DNA from: an uncultured delta proteobacterium
Lineage (GTDB): Bacteria > Desulfobacterota > Binatia > JACPRU01
Reading direction: 5' to 3'
DNA length: 64,000 nucleotides
Assembly (NCBI GenBank): GCA_963745025.1
Contig: CAVUWD010000013.1
Location: 160,001-224,000 of the forward strand
Positions 1 to 10,578 of the stretch are shown here, in pieces (the first letter of the stretch is position 1; each line of letters opens with the position of its first letter). The position numbers and the translations under genes are program-made. The notes beneath the pieces were generated by a model, which worked only from the letters and a program-made list of their open reading frames with translations, was not told the origin of the DNA and made no database searches.

Positions 1-1
1 G

Positions 2-457
2 CCGCTCATCGACGTCGACGGCAAGGTCGTCGGCGTGAACAGCGCGATCTACAGCCGCAGCGGCGGTTCGGTCGGCATCGGTTTCGCGATCCCGATCAAT
101 CTGGTCATGCAGGTCGTCGGCGAGCTGCGAGCGCACCGCCGCATCGTGCGGGGCTGGCTCGGTGTGGCGATGCAGGACGTGACGCCGGAGCTCGCCCGTT
201 CCTTCGGGCTCTCGAGCGACGAGGGCGCGCTGGTCTCGGACATCTATCGGGGCGGTCCAGCGCACCGCGCGGGTGTTCGCCGGGGAGACGTCATCGTCGC
301 CTTCAACGGCCGGCCCGTGAAGAACTCGCGCGAACTCTCGCGCTGGGCCGCGGAGGTGCCGATCGGCACGTCGGTGAAGGTGGAGGTGGTGAGGGAGGGC
401 GGGCGGCGGAGCTTCGAAGCGGTCATCGAGGAGGCACCGGTCGAGCGCGGCGCGTGA
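2..457 (+). CDS. DegP/HtrA family serine protease, C-terminal part with PDZ domain (5' truncated by window edge)
   Basis: PLIDVDGKVVGVNSAIYSRSGGSVGIGFAIP followed by RGWLGV...GPAHRAGVRRGDVIVAFNG PDZ motif. Confidence 0.9.
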   Translation, partial: PLIDVDGKVVGVNSAIYSRSGGSVGIGFAIPINLVMQVVGELRAHRRIVRGWLGVAMQDVTPELARSFGLSSDEGALVSDIYRGGPAHRAGVRRGDVIVAFNGRPVKNSRELSRWAAEVPIGTSVKVEVVREGGRRSFEAVIEEAPVERGA

Positions 458-461
458 AGAG

Positions 462-538
462 CGGCTACCGGCTACCGGCTTCCGACTACCGGCAAAGACA
501 TCGCGAAATCTTTTGCGGTAGCCGGTAGCCGGCAGCCG
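462..538. repeat. Heptamer-unit (CGGCTAC)n / (GTAGCCG)n palindromic repeat, copy A
   Basis: CGGCTAC CGGCTAC CGGCTTC CGACTAC CGGCAAA-core-TTTTGCG GTAGCCG GTAGCCG GCAGCCG; related copies at 15605 and 51693. Confidence 0.85.
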
Positions 539-554
539 TATTAGGATCGCCACC

Positions 555-1418
555 ATGGCCGAACACGACCTGAAGATTCTCGATTCGACGATCCACTACC
601 GCGAGTCCGGCGCTGGCGATCCGATCGTCTTCCTGCACGGCAATCCCACCTCGTCGTACCTCTGGCGGAACGTCATTCCGCGTCTCGAGGGCGAAGGGCG
701 CTGTCTGGCGCCCGATCTCATCGGCATGGGCCAGTCCGGGAAGCCGGACATCGCCTATCGCTTCGTCGATCATGCGCGCTATCTCGATGAATGGTTCGAC
801 GCCCTGGCGCTCTCGCGGTTGACGCTCGTCGTTCACGACTGGGGCTCCGCGCTCGGCTTCCACTGGGCGAGTCGTCACGCCGAGCGGGTGGCCGCCATCG
901 CCTTCATGGAAGCGATCGTCAAGCCGCTCACCTGGAGCGAGTGGCCGGAGAAGGCGCGCGAGGTGTTTCGCGGCTTTCGCACGCCGGGTGTCGGTGAGAC
1001 GCTCATCTTCGAGAGGAACGTGTTCATCGAGAACGTGCTGCCGGGATCGATCCTGCGAACGCTCACCGCCGAGGAGATGGACGCTTACCGTGCCCCGTTT
1101 CGCGACCCGAAGTCGCGGACTCCCGTGTGGCGCTGGCCGAACGAGATCCCGCTCGAAGGCGAGCCGAAGGACGTGGTCGAGAGCGTGACGACTTATGGCC
1201 GATGGCTCGCGGTGAGCGAGGTTCCGAAGCTCCTGCTGGCATTCGAACCAGGCGCGATCCTCGGGCCGGAGCTGGTCGACTATTGCCGGGTGCATTTCCG
1301 CAACCTCGAGATTCGCCATCTCGGCCGGGGCAGCCACTTCGTCCAGGAGGACCAGCCCGAGGCGATCGGCGACGCGATCCGCGAATGGCGTCGGCGCATT
1401 CTACCGCCGCGCTCGTGA
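555..1418 (+). CDS. dhaA: Haloalkane dehalogenase
   Basis: FLHGNPTSSYLWRNVIP, nucleophile motif VHDWGSALG, FMEAIV, WPNEIPLEGEP, HFVQED. Confidence 0.9.
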   Translation: MAEHDLKILDSTIHYRESGAGDPIVFLHGNPTSSYLWRNVIPRLEGEGRCLAPDLIGMGQSGKPDIAYRFVDHARYLDEWFDALALSRLTLVVHDWGSALGFHWASRHAERVAAIAFMEAIVKPLTWSEWPEKAREVFRGFRTPGVGETLIFERNVFIENVLPGSILRTLTAEEMDAYRAPFRDPKSRTPVWRWPNEIPLEGEPKDVVESVTTYGRWLAVSEVPKLLLAFEPGAILGPELVDYCRVHFRNLEIRHLGRGSHFVQEDQPEAIGDAIREWRRRILPPRS

Positions 1419-2940
1419 GCCATCCCCGTCTCGCTGGAATCTCCGTGCCGCTGTCCTCGCTCCGTTCCGAGAGCGACTGCGGCATCGGCGATTTCGAAGA
1501 CCTGACGATACTAATCGACTGGGCCGCGCGCTCGGGGCAGCGGATCATCGCGCTGCTTCCGCTCGGCGAGTCCGGGCCCGGCGAGGCGAGTCCCTACAAC
1601 GCGCTCTCGTCCTTCGCCCTCGATCCGATCTACCTGCGACCCTCGGCGATCGAGGAGATCGGACCGGATCGGAGCACGCCTCCGTCACCGCCACGCTCGG
1701 CGGTCGTCGACCACGCGCGCGTGCGCGCCTGGAAGAAGCCGCTCTTTCAAGAGGCGTTCCGGCGCTTTCACGCCCGCGGCGCCGTCGATCCACGGCGCGA
1801 GCGATTCGAGGAGTTCCGCCACGCAAGCGCGGCGTGGCTCTCCGACTACGCGATCTTCCGCGCCCTTTTCGAGGAGCAGCACGGGCGCTCGTGGAAGCAC
1901 TGGCCCGAGCCGCTTCGCCATCGCGACGCGGCTGCGCTCGCCAAGGCGCGCGTTCGGCTGCGCGAGCGGATTGCCTTCTTCGAGTTCCTGCAATTCGCGG
2001 CCGAGGAGACGTGGCTCGCCGTGCGCCGCGTCGCCGCCGGGCGCGGCGTGCTGCTCATGGGGGATCTGCCGTTCGCTCCGTCCGAGAACAGCGCCGACGT
2101 CTGGGCCAATCCCGAGATCTTCGACCTCTCGCGCTCGATCGGTGCGCCGCCCGATGCCTTCAGCGAGACGGGGCAGCGCTGGGGCCTGCCGATGTACCGC
2201 TGGCAGGCGATGCGCGCGGGCGGATGGCGCTGGTTTCGCGCCCGCGCGCGGCGAATGGCCGAGCTCTACGACCTCTTCCGAATCGACCACGTGGTCGGGC
2301 TCTTTCGCACGTTCAACTTCGTCGGCGAGTCGCCGAACGGCTTCGATCCACCCGAGGAGGCGGCCGAGATCGCTCAAGGGCGCGAGATCCTCGGCATCGT
2401 CGCCGAGGAAGCCCATCCGGCGAAGCTCGTCGCCGAGGATCTCGGCGTGATCCCGCCGTTCGTTACCGCGATACTCTCCGCGCTCGACGTTCCTGGATAC
2501 AAGGTGCTGCGCTGGCAGCGCGACGACGAGGGCTTCGAAGACACCGAGCGCTATCCGGAGTGCTCGATCGCAACTACCGGAACCCACGACACCGAGACGC
2601 TCGCCGCCTGGTGGGACGACCTGCCTCCGGCCGATCGCCGCTCGCTCGTGGACCTAGTCGGTGCGCCTCCCGAGGCCGCGCGCGGGACGCTCGCGCGTCC
2701 GCTTCGCCACGCGATCCTCGAACGACTCTACCGTTCGCCCTCGCGCTACGTGATTTTGCCGATTCAGGACCTCTTCGGCTGGCGCGAGCGGATCAACACG
2801 CCGGCCACCATGACGGAGGACAACTGGGTGTTTCGCTTGCCGCTGCCGCTCGAGCGCTTCGCGACCGACACGGGGGTCGCCACCGAGACGGCGGCTCTGC
2901 GAGCCTTGATTGACGCGTCGAGACGATTGCGGAAAATAGA
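1415..2940 (+). CDS. malQ: 4-alpha-glucanotransferase (amylomaltase, GH77); end approximate because it reads in-frame into the next gene as assembled
   Basis: GTG overlapping dhaA stop; GIGDFEDL, SPYNALSSFALDPIY, GDLPF..SADVW, GAPPDAFSETGQRWGLPMY, FRIDHVVG, AEDLG, TGTHDT, RINTP..NW. Confidence 0.85.
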
Positions 2941-3010
2941 CCGGACGACCCCCCGCGAGCCGTCTCGTCGCGGAAGCCGCGTGAAGACGCGAGAAAGTCC
3001 CGAGGGCGCA

Positions 3011-3892
3011 ATGGGCGAATTCAAAGCCGCAAGCGTACGAGCCGGCGGGCTCACATTCCACTACCTCGAAGCCGGCACCGGCCCACTCGTGCTCTGTCTG
3101 CACGGCTTTCCCGATCATGCGCGCTCGTTCCGGTTTCAGTTGCCGGCGCTGGCCAAGGCGGGCTTCCGAGCGGTTGCCCCGTACTTGAGGGGGTACGCGC
3201 CGAGCGACGTGCCCGCCAATGGCCCCTACCAGTCGGCGGCGCTCGCCAAAGACGCGGTCGCGCTGATCGAGGCGCTCTCGCCGAAGGAGCCTGCATTCGT
3301 TTTCGGCCACGACTGGGGCGCGCTCGCGACGTATGGCGCGGCGCAGATCGCGCCGCAGCGCGTTCGCAAGATCGCGACAGCCGCCGTGCCTCACGGCCCG
3401 CAGCTCATGCAAGCGATCGTCGCGAACTATTCGCAGATGAAGCGGTCCTGGTACATGTTCATGTTCCAGATGCCGACCGCCGAAGCCGCCGTTTCCAACA
3501 ACGGGTTCGAGTTTCTCGACCGGATGTGGGCGGATTGGTCGCCCGGCTGGACGCTGCCGCGCGAAGAGATGGCGGCGCTCAAGGCGACGTTCGAAAAGCC
3601 CGGAGTCCTCGCCGCGGCGCTCGGCTATTACCGGCATGCCTTCAACCCTGCCCTCCAGGTCGCCGAGCTCGCCGATCTGCAGGCGAAGCTGATGACCGAT
3701 CCGATCCCGGTTCCCGCCCTGGTGTTCCACGGGCAGCGCGACGGGTGCATTGGCGCCGAAACGCTCGAGGGTATGGAGGCCCTGTTCCCGAAAGGCTTGA
3801 AGAAGGTGGTTCTTCAGGACGCCGGGCACTTCCTCCACCAGGAGAAGCCGGAGCGCGTCAACGAGGAGCTGATCGCGTTCCTGAAGGCATGA
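3011..3892 (+). CDS. Alpha/beta hydrolase, epoxide-hydrolase-like
   Basis: ATG with upstream GAGGG; LHGFPD, GHDWGA, GHFLHQEKP motifs. Confidence 0.85.
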   Translation: MGEFKAASVRAGGLTFHYLEAGTGPLVLCLHGFPDHARSFRFQLPALAKAGFRAVAPYLRGYAPSDVPANGPYQSAALAKDAVALIEALSPKEPAFVFGHDWGALATYGAAQIAPQRVRKIATAAVPHGPQLMQAIVANYSQMKRSWYMFMFQMPTAEAAVSNNGFEFLDRMWADWSPGWTLPREEMAALKATFEKPGVLAAALGYYRHAFNPALQVAELADLQAKLMTDPIPVPALVFHGQRDGCIGAETLEGMEALFPKGLKKVVLQDAGHFLHQEKPERVNEELIAFLKA

Positions 3893-6653
3893 ACGTCCTC
3901 GACTTCATCGCCCGCGCCAATCCGGAATACGTCGAAACGCTCTATCGGCAGTTCAAGGGCGATCCGAAGTCCGTAGACGAGCGCTGGGCGCTGGTCTTCG
4001 CCGGCTACGAGTTCGCCGAGCAGAACGGCGCGAGGACGACGGAGGCGGGTCCCGCGCTGCGCGTATCGGACCTCGTGGACGCGTATCGGCACTTCGCTCA
4101 CCTGATCGCCGACCTCGATCCGCTCGGTCACAGCGAGCGCTCGCACCCGTTCCTCGAGCTCGGGCGCTTCGGGTTTAGCGACGATGACCTCGGCCGCATC
4201 GTGTCGTCGTCGACGTTCTTGGTCTCGACGACGTGCCGCTCGGCGAGCTGATCGCTACGCTGCGCGAGACGTATTGCGGGACGCTCGGCGTCGAGCTCGT
4301 CGACATCCGCGAGCGCGAGCAGCGCGACTGGCTCGTCGAGCGCATGGAGTGCTGCCGCAACCGGCCGGATCTTCGCCCCGAAGAGCGCGTTCGGCTTCTC
4401 GAGCGGCTGATCGCGGCCGAGACCTTCGAGCAGTTCCTGCAGACCAAATACGTCGGCCAGAAGCGCTTCTCGCTCGAGGGCGGGGAGGCGCTGATCACGG
4501 TTCTCGACACGATCGTCGAGGACGCCGCGACCTCTGGTGTCGAAGAGATGGTCATAGGGATGCCGCACCGCGGGCGCCTCAACGTCCTCGCCCACATTCT
4601 CCACAAGCCCTACGAGATGATTCTCTCCGAGTTCGAGGGCGTGTTCCTGCCGGCGGGAATCCAGGGGGACGGAGACGTCAAGTACCATCTCGGCTACTCG
4701 CGCGACCACCAGGCGCGCGGTGGCCGAAAGATTCACCTCTCGCTCAGCTCGAACCCGAGCCACCTCGAGGCGATCGACCCGGTGGTCGAAGGCATCGTGC
4801 GCGCCAAGCAGTCATATCTTGGCGATCGCGAGCGGCGGCGCGTCGTTCCCGTGCTCATGCACGGCGACGCTGCGTTCACCGGGCAAGGGTTGGTGTACGA
4901 GACGCTCGCGCTCTCGGAGCTCCAGGCGTTCACCACGGGAGGGACGATCCATCTCATCGTCAACAACCAGATCGGTTTCACCACCTCGCCGCGCGAGTTC
5001 CGTTTCACGCGCTATCCCTCGGATCTCGCCTCGGTGATCCAGGTTCCGATCTTCCACGTCAACGCCGACGACCCCGAAGCCGCGCTGCAGGCGGCGCGGC
5101 TCGCCATGGCGTTCCACCGCCGGTTCGGTGTCGACGTGGTGATCGATCTCGTCTGCTACCGCCGCCATGGTCACAGCGAGCTCGACGATCCGACGTTCAC
5201 CCAACCGGTGATGTATCGCGAGATCCGCGAGCAGCCGACCGTGGTGGCGCGCTACGCGGAGCGGCTGGAGAGGGAAGGCGTCATCGACGGCGCGCGTGCG
5301 GGCGAGATCCGCGCCGAGATCAAGGGGACGCTCGAAGACGCGCTCAGCTACGCCCGCGACTTCATGCCGCGCCAGCAGGTGTTCGCGCTCGGCGGCGTCT
5401 GGAAGGGATTCGGCTGGGCGGGGGCGGATTGGAGCGCGGATACGCGCTTCGACGCGTCCCGGCTGCTCGAAGCCGCCGAGGCGCTGCGCCGGTTTCCAGA
5501 GGATTTCACGCCCCATCCGCGCCTCGTGAAGCTCCTCGAGCAACGATACGAGATGGTGAAGAAAGGCGAAGGGATCGACTGGGGTGCGGCGGAAACCCTG
5601 TGCTACGCGAGCTTGCTGCTCGAGGGCACGCCGATCCGGCTGACCGGTCAGGACACCGGTCGCGGCACGTTCAGTCACCGACACGCGATTCTCTACGATG
5701 CTCAGAGCGGCGCCGAGTACGTTCCGCTCAACCATCTCGCCTCCGGTCAGGCCGAGATCGAGGTCGTCAACAGCCTGCTCAGCGAGGCGGCCGTGCTCGG
5801 GTTCGAGTACGGGATGTCGAGCGCGGATCCGCGCCGGCTGGTGATCTGGGAGGCGCAGTTCGGCGATTTCGCCAACGAGGCGCAGGTCATCATCGACCAG
5901 TTCGTGTCGAGCGCGGAGTCGAAGTGGCAGCGCATGAGCGGACTGGTGATGCTGCTGCCGCACGGCTACGAAGGCCAAGGTCCGGAGCACTCGAGCGCCC
6001 GCCTGGAGCGCTTTCTGCAGCTGTCGGCCGACCAGAACATGCAGGTTGTCAACTTGACCACTCCGGCGCAGCTTTTCCATGCGCTGCGCCGCCAGATCCA
6101 TCGCCCGTTTCGGAAACCGCTCGTCGTGATGAGCCCGAAGAGCCTGCTGCGGCATCCGCGCGCGGTGTCGACGCTCGCAGACCTGGCCGAGCAGACGTTC
6201 CAGACGGTGTTCGCCGACCCGGCCGCGCCGAATCCTTCGGGGGTGCAGCGCGTGCTGATGTGCTCGGGGAAGATTTTCTACGCGCTCGACAACGAGCGCC
6301 ACGAGCGGGAGCGAAACGACGTGGCCATCGTGCGCGTCGAGCAGCTCTACCCTTTTCCGGCTACCGAGCTCGGCGCACTCGTTCGCGGCTACCCGAACGC
6401 GACCGAGGTTCGCTGGGTCCAGGACGAGCCCAAGAATCAGGGGAGCTGGCAGTTCGTTGCGCCGCTCTTGCGCGCCATGCTCGGCGGGGACGGCAATCTC
6501 GGCTACATCGGGCGAGACGAAGCCGCCAGCCCGGCGACGGGCAGCTACAAGATCCATCAAGGCGAAGAGTCGGCGATTCTCGACGAGGCGCTGAAGCGTC
6601 CACGTCCGTACGCCGCAGAGACGCCGCGGCGCGCGGATCGTGCCGCGGGGTGA
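3889..6653 (+). CDS. sucA: 2-oxoglutarate dehydrogenase E1 (frameshift near 4219, probably a sequencing error)
   Basis: N-terminus MNVLDF..YVETLYRQF..DPKSVD in one frame; KRFSLEGGE, GMPHRGRLNVL, HGDAAF, WEAQFGDF, GQGPEHSSARLERFLQL in another. Confidence 0.93.
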
Positions 6654-6662
6654 GGTCTCAAC

Positions 6663-7907
6663 ATGACGGTGGAGGTACGGATTCCTTCGTTGGGCGAATC
6701 GGTGAGCCAGGGTGTCATCGCCCGCTGGCTGAAGGAGAACGGCGAGGCCATCGCGGTTGACGACGCGCTTTTCGAGCTAGAGACCGATAAGGCCACGATG
6801 GAGATTCCCGCCGAAGCGGCGGGGCGGCTCGAAATCTTGAAGGCCGCCGGCGAAACGGTCGCGGTTGGCACGATCGTCGCGCGCATCGCCGACGGCGCGG
6901 GCGCCGCGGCCGCGAAGCCGAAGCCCGCTGCGCCAGCGCCGGCCGCGGCGCCGAGCCCGCCCGCCGAGTCGGAGGAGAAGGAGGACGTGCAGCTGAGCCC
7001 CGCGGTGCGAAAGCTATTGGTCGAGAACGGCATCGACGCGGCCGAGGTTCGCGGAACGGGAAGGGGCGGACGGCTCACCAAAGAGGACGTGCTCAAGGCG
7101 ATCGAGGACGGCAAGAAGGCCGCGGCGGGGGAGCCGTCGGCGCCGAGGCCCCCCGAAGCGCCTGCCACGGCTCGTCCCTCCGCTCCGGCGCCGCCCGCGT
7201 CCGCCGGAGCCGACGTCGAGCGCGTCGCGATGACGCGTCTTCGCAAGCGCATCGCCGAGCGGCTGGTCGAGGCACAGCGTACGGCGGCCATCCTCACCAC
7301 CTTCAACGAAATCGACATGTCGGCGGTGATCGTGCTCCGCAAGCGCTACAAGGAGCGCTTCGAGAAGGCGCACGGCGTCGGGCTCGGCTTCATGTCGCTC
7401 TTCGGGCGAGCGTGCATTCAAGCCCTTCGCGAGCTGCCGATCGTCAACGCCTCGATCGAAGGTGACGACGTCGTCTATCACAAGCGCGTGCATCTCGGCA
7501 TTGCCGTCGGCACCCCGCGCGGCTTGGTCGTACCGGTGGTGCGGAGCGCCGATTCGCTCTCGGTTGCGGGTCTGGAGAAAGCGATCGGCGAGCTCGCCGC
7601 GCTGGCACGCGACGGGAAGCTGCTTCCCGATCATCTCGCCGGCGGCACTTTCACGATCTCGAACGGCGGCGTCTACGGCTCGCTGATGTCGACGCCGATC
7701 TTGACGCCGCCCCAGTCGGCGATCCTCGGCATGCACAAGATCGAGGAGCGGCCGGTGGCGATCGACGGGCAGGTGGTGATCCGGCCGATGATGTACGTCG
7801 CGCTCTCCTATGATCATCGTTTGGTCGATGGCGAGCAGGCGGTGACCTTCCTCATCCGCGTCAAGGAGCGGCTGGAGGATCCGTCGCGCATGGTGCTAGA
7901 GGTCTGA
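6663..7907 (+). CDS. sucB: Dihydrolipoyllysine-residue succinyltransferase E2
   Basis: Lipoyl motif ELETDKAT, E3-binding [13 protein letters not shown], catalytic [10 protein letters not shown]. Confidence 0.95.
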   Translation: MTVEVRIPSLGESVSQGVIARWLKENGEAIAVDDALFELETDKATMEIPAEAAGRLEILKAAGETVAVGTIVARIADGAGAAAAKPKPAAPAPAAAPSPPAESEEKEDVQLSPAVRKLLVENGIDAAEVRGTGRGGRLTKEDVLKAIEDGKKAAAGEPSAPRPPEAPATARPSAPAPPASAGADVERVAMTRLRKRIAERLVEAQRTAAILTTFNEIDMSAVIVLRKRYKERFEKAHGVGLGFMSLFGRACIQALRELPIVNASIEGDDVVYHKRVHLGIAVGTPRGLVVPVVRSADSLSVAGLEKAIGELAALARDGKLLPDHLAGGTFTISNGGVYGSLMSTPILTPPQSAILGMHKIEERPVAIDGQVVIRPMMYVALSYDHRLVDGEQAVTFLIRVKERLEDPSRMVLEV

Positions 7908-7914
7908 AGGAGCA

Positions 7915-8100
7915 AGTCCTCGTGATCAACGCGGTCCAGACGAAGTGGCGCATCGCCAGTGAAGAGGCCGTGTCGTGCAACTGTGCGCGACGACGCTCGC
8001 CGGTCTGCGCTTCGCGCGGGTGATCTCCTGGCCGGACCGCATCGACCACGGCAACGGCACCGACTGCTGGTGATCGACGAGCAGGCTTCGCCGCAGCAGC
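7915..8100 (-). pseudogene. Possible decayed PIN/VapC toxin fragment
   Basis: Minus-frame VDAVRPGDHPREAQ...LHDTASSLAMRHF resembles the VapC C-terminal S-x-x-D-x-x-S-F-x-x-M-R motif; no intact ORF. Confidence 0.3.
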
Positions 8101-8180
8101 GGAGGTGCTGGTGGGGCGGCTCCTACCTCGAGATCTTCGCGGCCATAGAACTGGGTGGCCGCCCACGCTAGAAATCGTCC

Positions 8181-9581
8181 ATGGCGAAGAACGGTATCCA
8201 TGACCTCGTGGTGATCGGCGCGGGGCCGGGCGGCTACGTCGCCGCCATCCGCGCGGCGCAGCTCGGCATGAAGGTGGCCTGCGTCGAGAAGGAGCCCGCG
8301 CTCGGCGGCACGTGCCTGCGCATCGGCTGCATTCCATCGAAAGCGCTGCTCGATTCGAGCGAGCTCTACGAGCAAGCGCGCGAGCGGCTCGGAGCGCACG
8401 GCGTGAAGGTGTCCGGCGTCGAGCTCGATCTCGCGGCGATGATGCGCCGCAAGGACAAGGTCGTGAAGGGGCTGACGGCCGGCGTCGCGTCCTTGTTCAA
8501 GAAGAACGGCGTCGCGCACGTGCGCGGCAGCGCGAGGATCGCCGCTCCCGGCTCGGTGTCCGTGGACGGCGCCGACGCCGGCACGCTGCCGACCAAGGCG
8601 ATTCTGATCGCCACCGGCTCCGAGCCGACGCCTCTTCCCGGCGTCGACTTCGACGGCCGGATCATCGTCAGCTCCGAGCAGGCGCTGTCTTTCACGGACG
8701 TACCCGCGCGGCTTCTCGTCGTCGGTGCCGGCGCGATCGGCCTCGAGCTCGGCTCGGTCTGGGCGAGGCTTGGATCGAAGGTGAAGGTCGTCGAGTTCAT
8801 GGATCGGATTCTGCCGATCATGGACAAGGAGCTCGGCGCGACGCTGAAGAAGGTGCTCGAAAGGCAGGGTCTCTCCTTCCAGCTCTCGGCGAGCGCGAAG
8901 AGCGCGACGATCGAAGGCAAGGAAGCGCGCGTGACGATCGAAGGGGGCGACAAGAGCTCCACCGAGTCGTTCGACATGGTGCTGGTGGCGATCGGCAGGC
9001 GCCCGTATACGGCCGGCCTCGGTCTCGACGCGGTCGGCGTCACGCTGGACAAGAAGGGGCGCGTCGAGGTGGACGAGCATTTCCAGACCTCGGTCGCCGG
9101 CATCTACGCGGTCGGTGATGCGATCCGAGGTCCCATGCTCGCGCACAAAGCGGGGGACGAGGGCGTGGCGTGCGTCGAGATGCTCGCCGGCCAGGCAGGT
9201 CACGTGAACTACGAGGCGGTTCCGAGCGTCGTCTACACTTGGCCCGAGTTCGCCTCCGTCGGCAAGTCCGAAGAGGAGTGCGCCGAGCAAGGCCGCGAGG
9301 TGAAGATCGGCAAGTTTCCCTTCTTCGCCAACGGGCGGATGCGCGCCATGGAGGAGCGCGACGGCCTCGTCAAGGTGATCGCCGACGCCAAGACCGACAG
9401 GGTCCTCGGCGTCCACATCCTCGGGCCGCGCGCCTCTGACCTGATCGCCGAAGGGGCGCTGGCGATCGAGTTCGGCTCGAGCGCCGAGGACATCGCCCGC
9501 ACCTGTCACGCGCATCCAACCCTGCCCGAGGCCGTCAAGGAGGCGGCGCTCGGCGTGGCCGGGCGGAGCATCCACATTTGA
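8181..9581 (+). CDS. lpdA: Dihydrolipoyl dehydrogenase E3
   Basis: GAGPGGY, GGTCLRIGCIPSK, GAGAIGLE, HAHPTLPE. Confidence 0.96.
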   Translation: MAKNGIHDLVVIGAGPGGYVAAIRAAQLGMKVACVEKEPALGGTCLRIGCIPSKALLDSSELYEQARERLGAHGVKVSGVELDLAAMMRRKDKVVKGLTAGVASLFKKNGVAHVRGSARIAAPGSVSVDGADAGTLPTKAILIATGSEPTPLPGVDFDGRIIVSSEQALSFTDVPARLLVVGAGAIGLELGSVWARLGSKVKVVEFMDRILPIMDKELGATLKKVLERQGLSFQLSASAKSATIEGKEARVTIEGGDKSSTESFDMVLVAIGRRPYTAGLGLDAVGVTLDKKGRVEVDEHFQTSVAGIYAVGDAIRGPMLAHKAGDEGVACVEMLAGQAGHVNYEAVPSVVYTWPEFASVGKSEEECAEQGREVKIGKFPFFANGRMRAMEERDGLVKVIADAKTDRVLGVHILGPRASDLIAEGALAIEFGSSAEDIARTCHAHPTLPEAVKEAALGVAGRSIHI

Positions 9582-9590
9582 GGTACGGTC

Positions 9591-10562
9591 TCACCACGCG
9601 TACGCTTCCGGCGCTTCTCCGCCCGGGCCCGGCCAGATCTCGTCGAGCGTCGCGAGCGCTTCCTTCGAGAGCTTGACCTCGAGGCCACGCAGGCTCCCTT
9701 CGAGCTGCGCGACCGTGCGCGGTCCGATGATCGGCGCGGTGATCGCCGGATTGGCGAGCATCCAGGCGATCGCGACGTCCGCCGGCTCGGCGGCGAGCTC
9801 GGCGCAGAAGCGCTCCCAGCGCTCGAGCTGGGGGCGCTTCTCCGCGATCCGCTTCTGGATGCGCTCGGCCGAGCGCCTGCCCTCGCGAATCTTCCTGAGC
9901 GCGCCGCCGAGGAGGCCGCTCCCGAGCGGGCTCCAGGGAAGGATCGCGACGCCGTGCGCCCGGCAGGCCGGGATCACCTCGAGCTCGATCGTCCGCGCAT
10001 TGAGATTGTAGAGGCTCTGCTCCGAGACGATGCCGAGGAAGTTCCGCCGCGCGGCGGCGGCGTTCGCATCCACGATGTGCCACGCCGCGAAATTGCTGCT
10101 GCCGACGTACAGCACCTTCCCCTGCGCGACGAGCTGCTCCATCGCCTGCCAGATCTCGTCCCATGGCGTGTCGCGATCGACGTGATGCATCTGGTAGAGA
10201 TCGATGTGATCGGTCGCGAGCCGCCGCAGGCTCTGCTCGCAGGCGCGGCGGATGTGAGCGGCGGAGAGCCGCGAATCGTTTGGACCGCCACCCATCCGTC
10301 CGTACACCTTGGTCGCGAGCACGATCTTCTCGCGCCTGCCTCCGCCCTGCGCCAGCCAGCGGCCGAGGATCTGCTCGGTCACGCCCTCGCCCGTCTTCCA
10401 CCCGTAGACGTTGGCGGTGTCGAAGAAGTTGAAGCCGCAATCGAGCGCGCGATCCATGATCGCGAAGCTTTCCGGCTCGGACGTCTCCGGCCCGAAGTTC
10501 ATCGTGCCGAGGCAGAGCCGGCTCACCTTGAGTCCCGTGCGACCGAGTTTCACGTACTCCAT
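9591..10562 (-). CDS. Aldo/keto reductase
   Basis: MEYVKLGRTGLKVSRLCLGTMNFG, FFDTANVYG, IDLYQMH, WSPLGSGLL. Confidence 0.92.
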   Translation of the reverse strand: MEYVKLGRTGLKVSRLCLGTMNFGPETSEPESFAIMDRALDCGFNFFDTANVYGWKTGEGVTEQILGRWLAQGGGRREKIVLATKVYGRMGGGPNDSRLSAAHIRRACEQSLRRLATDHIDLYQMHHVDRDTPWDEIWQAMEQLVAQGKVLYVGSSNFAAWHIVDANAAAARRNFLGIVSEQSLYNLNARTIELEVIPACRAHGVAILPWSPLGSGLLGGALRKIREGRRSAERIQKRIAEKRPQLERWERFCAELAAEPADVAIAWMLANPAITAPIIGPRTVAQLEGSLRGLEVKLSKEALATLDEIWPGPGGEAPEAYAW

Positions 10563-10578
10563 CGTCGTCACCCCCTGT

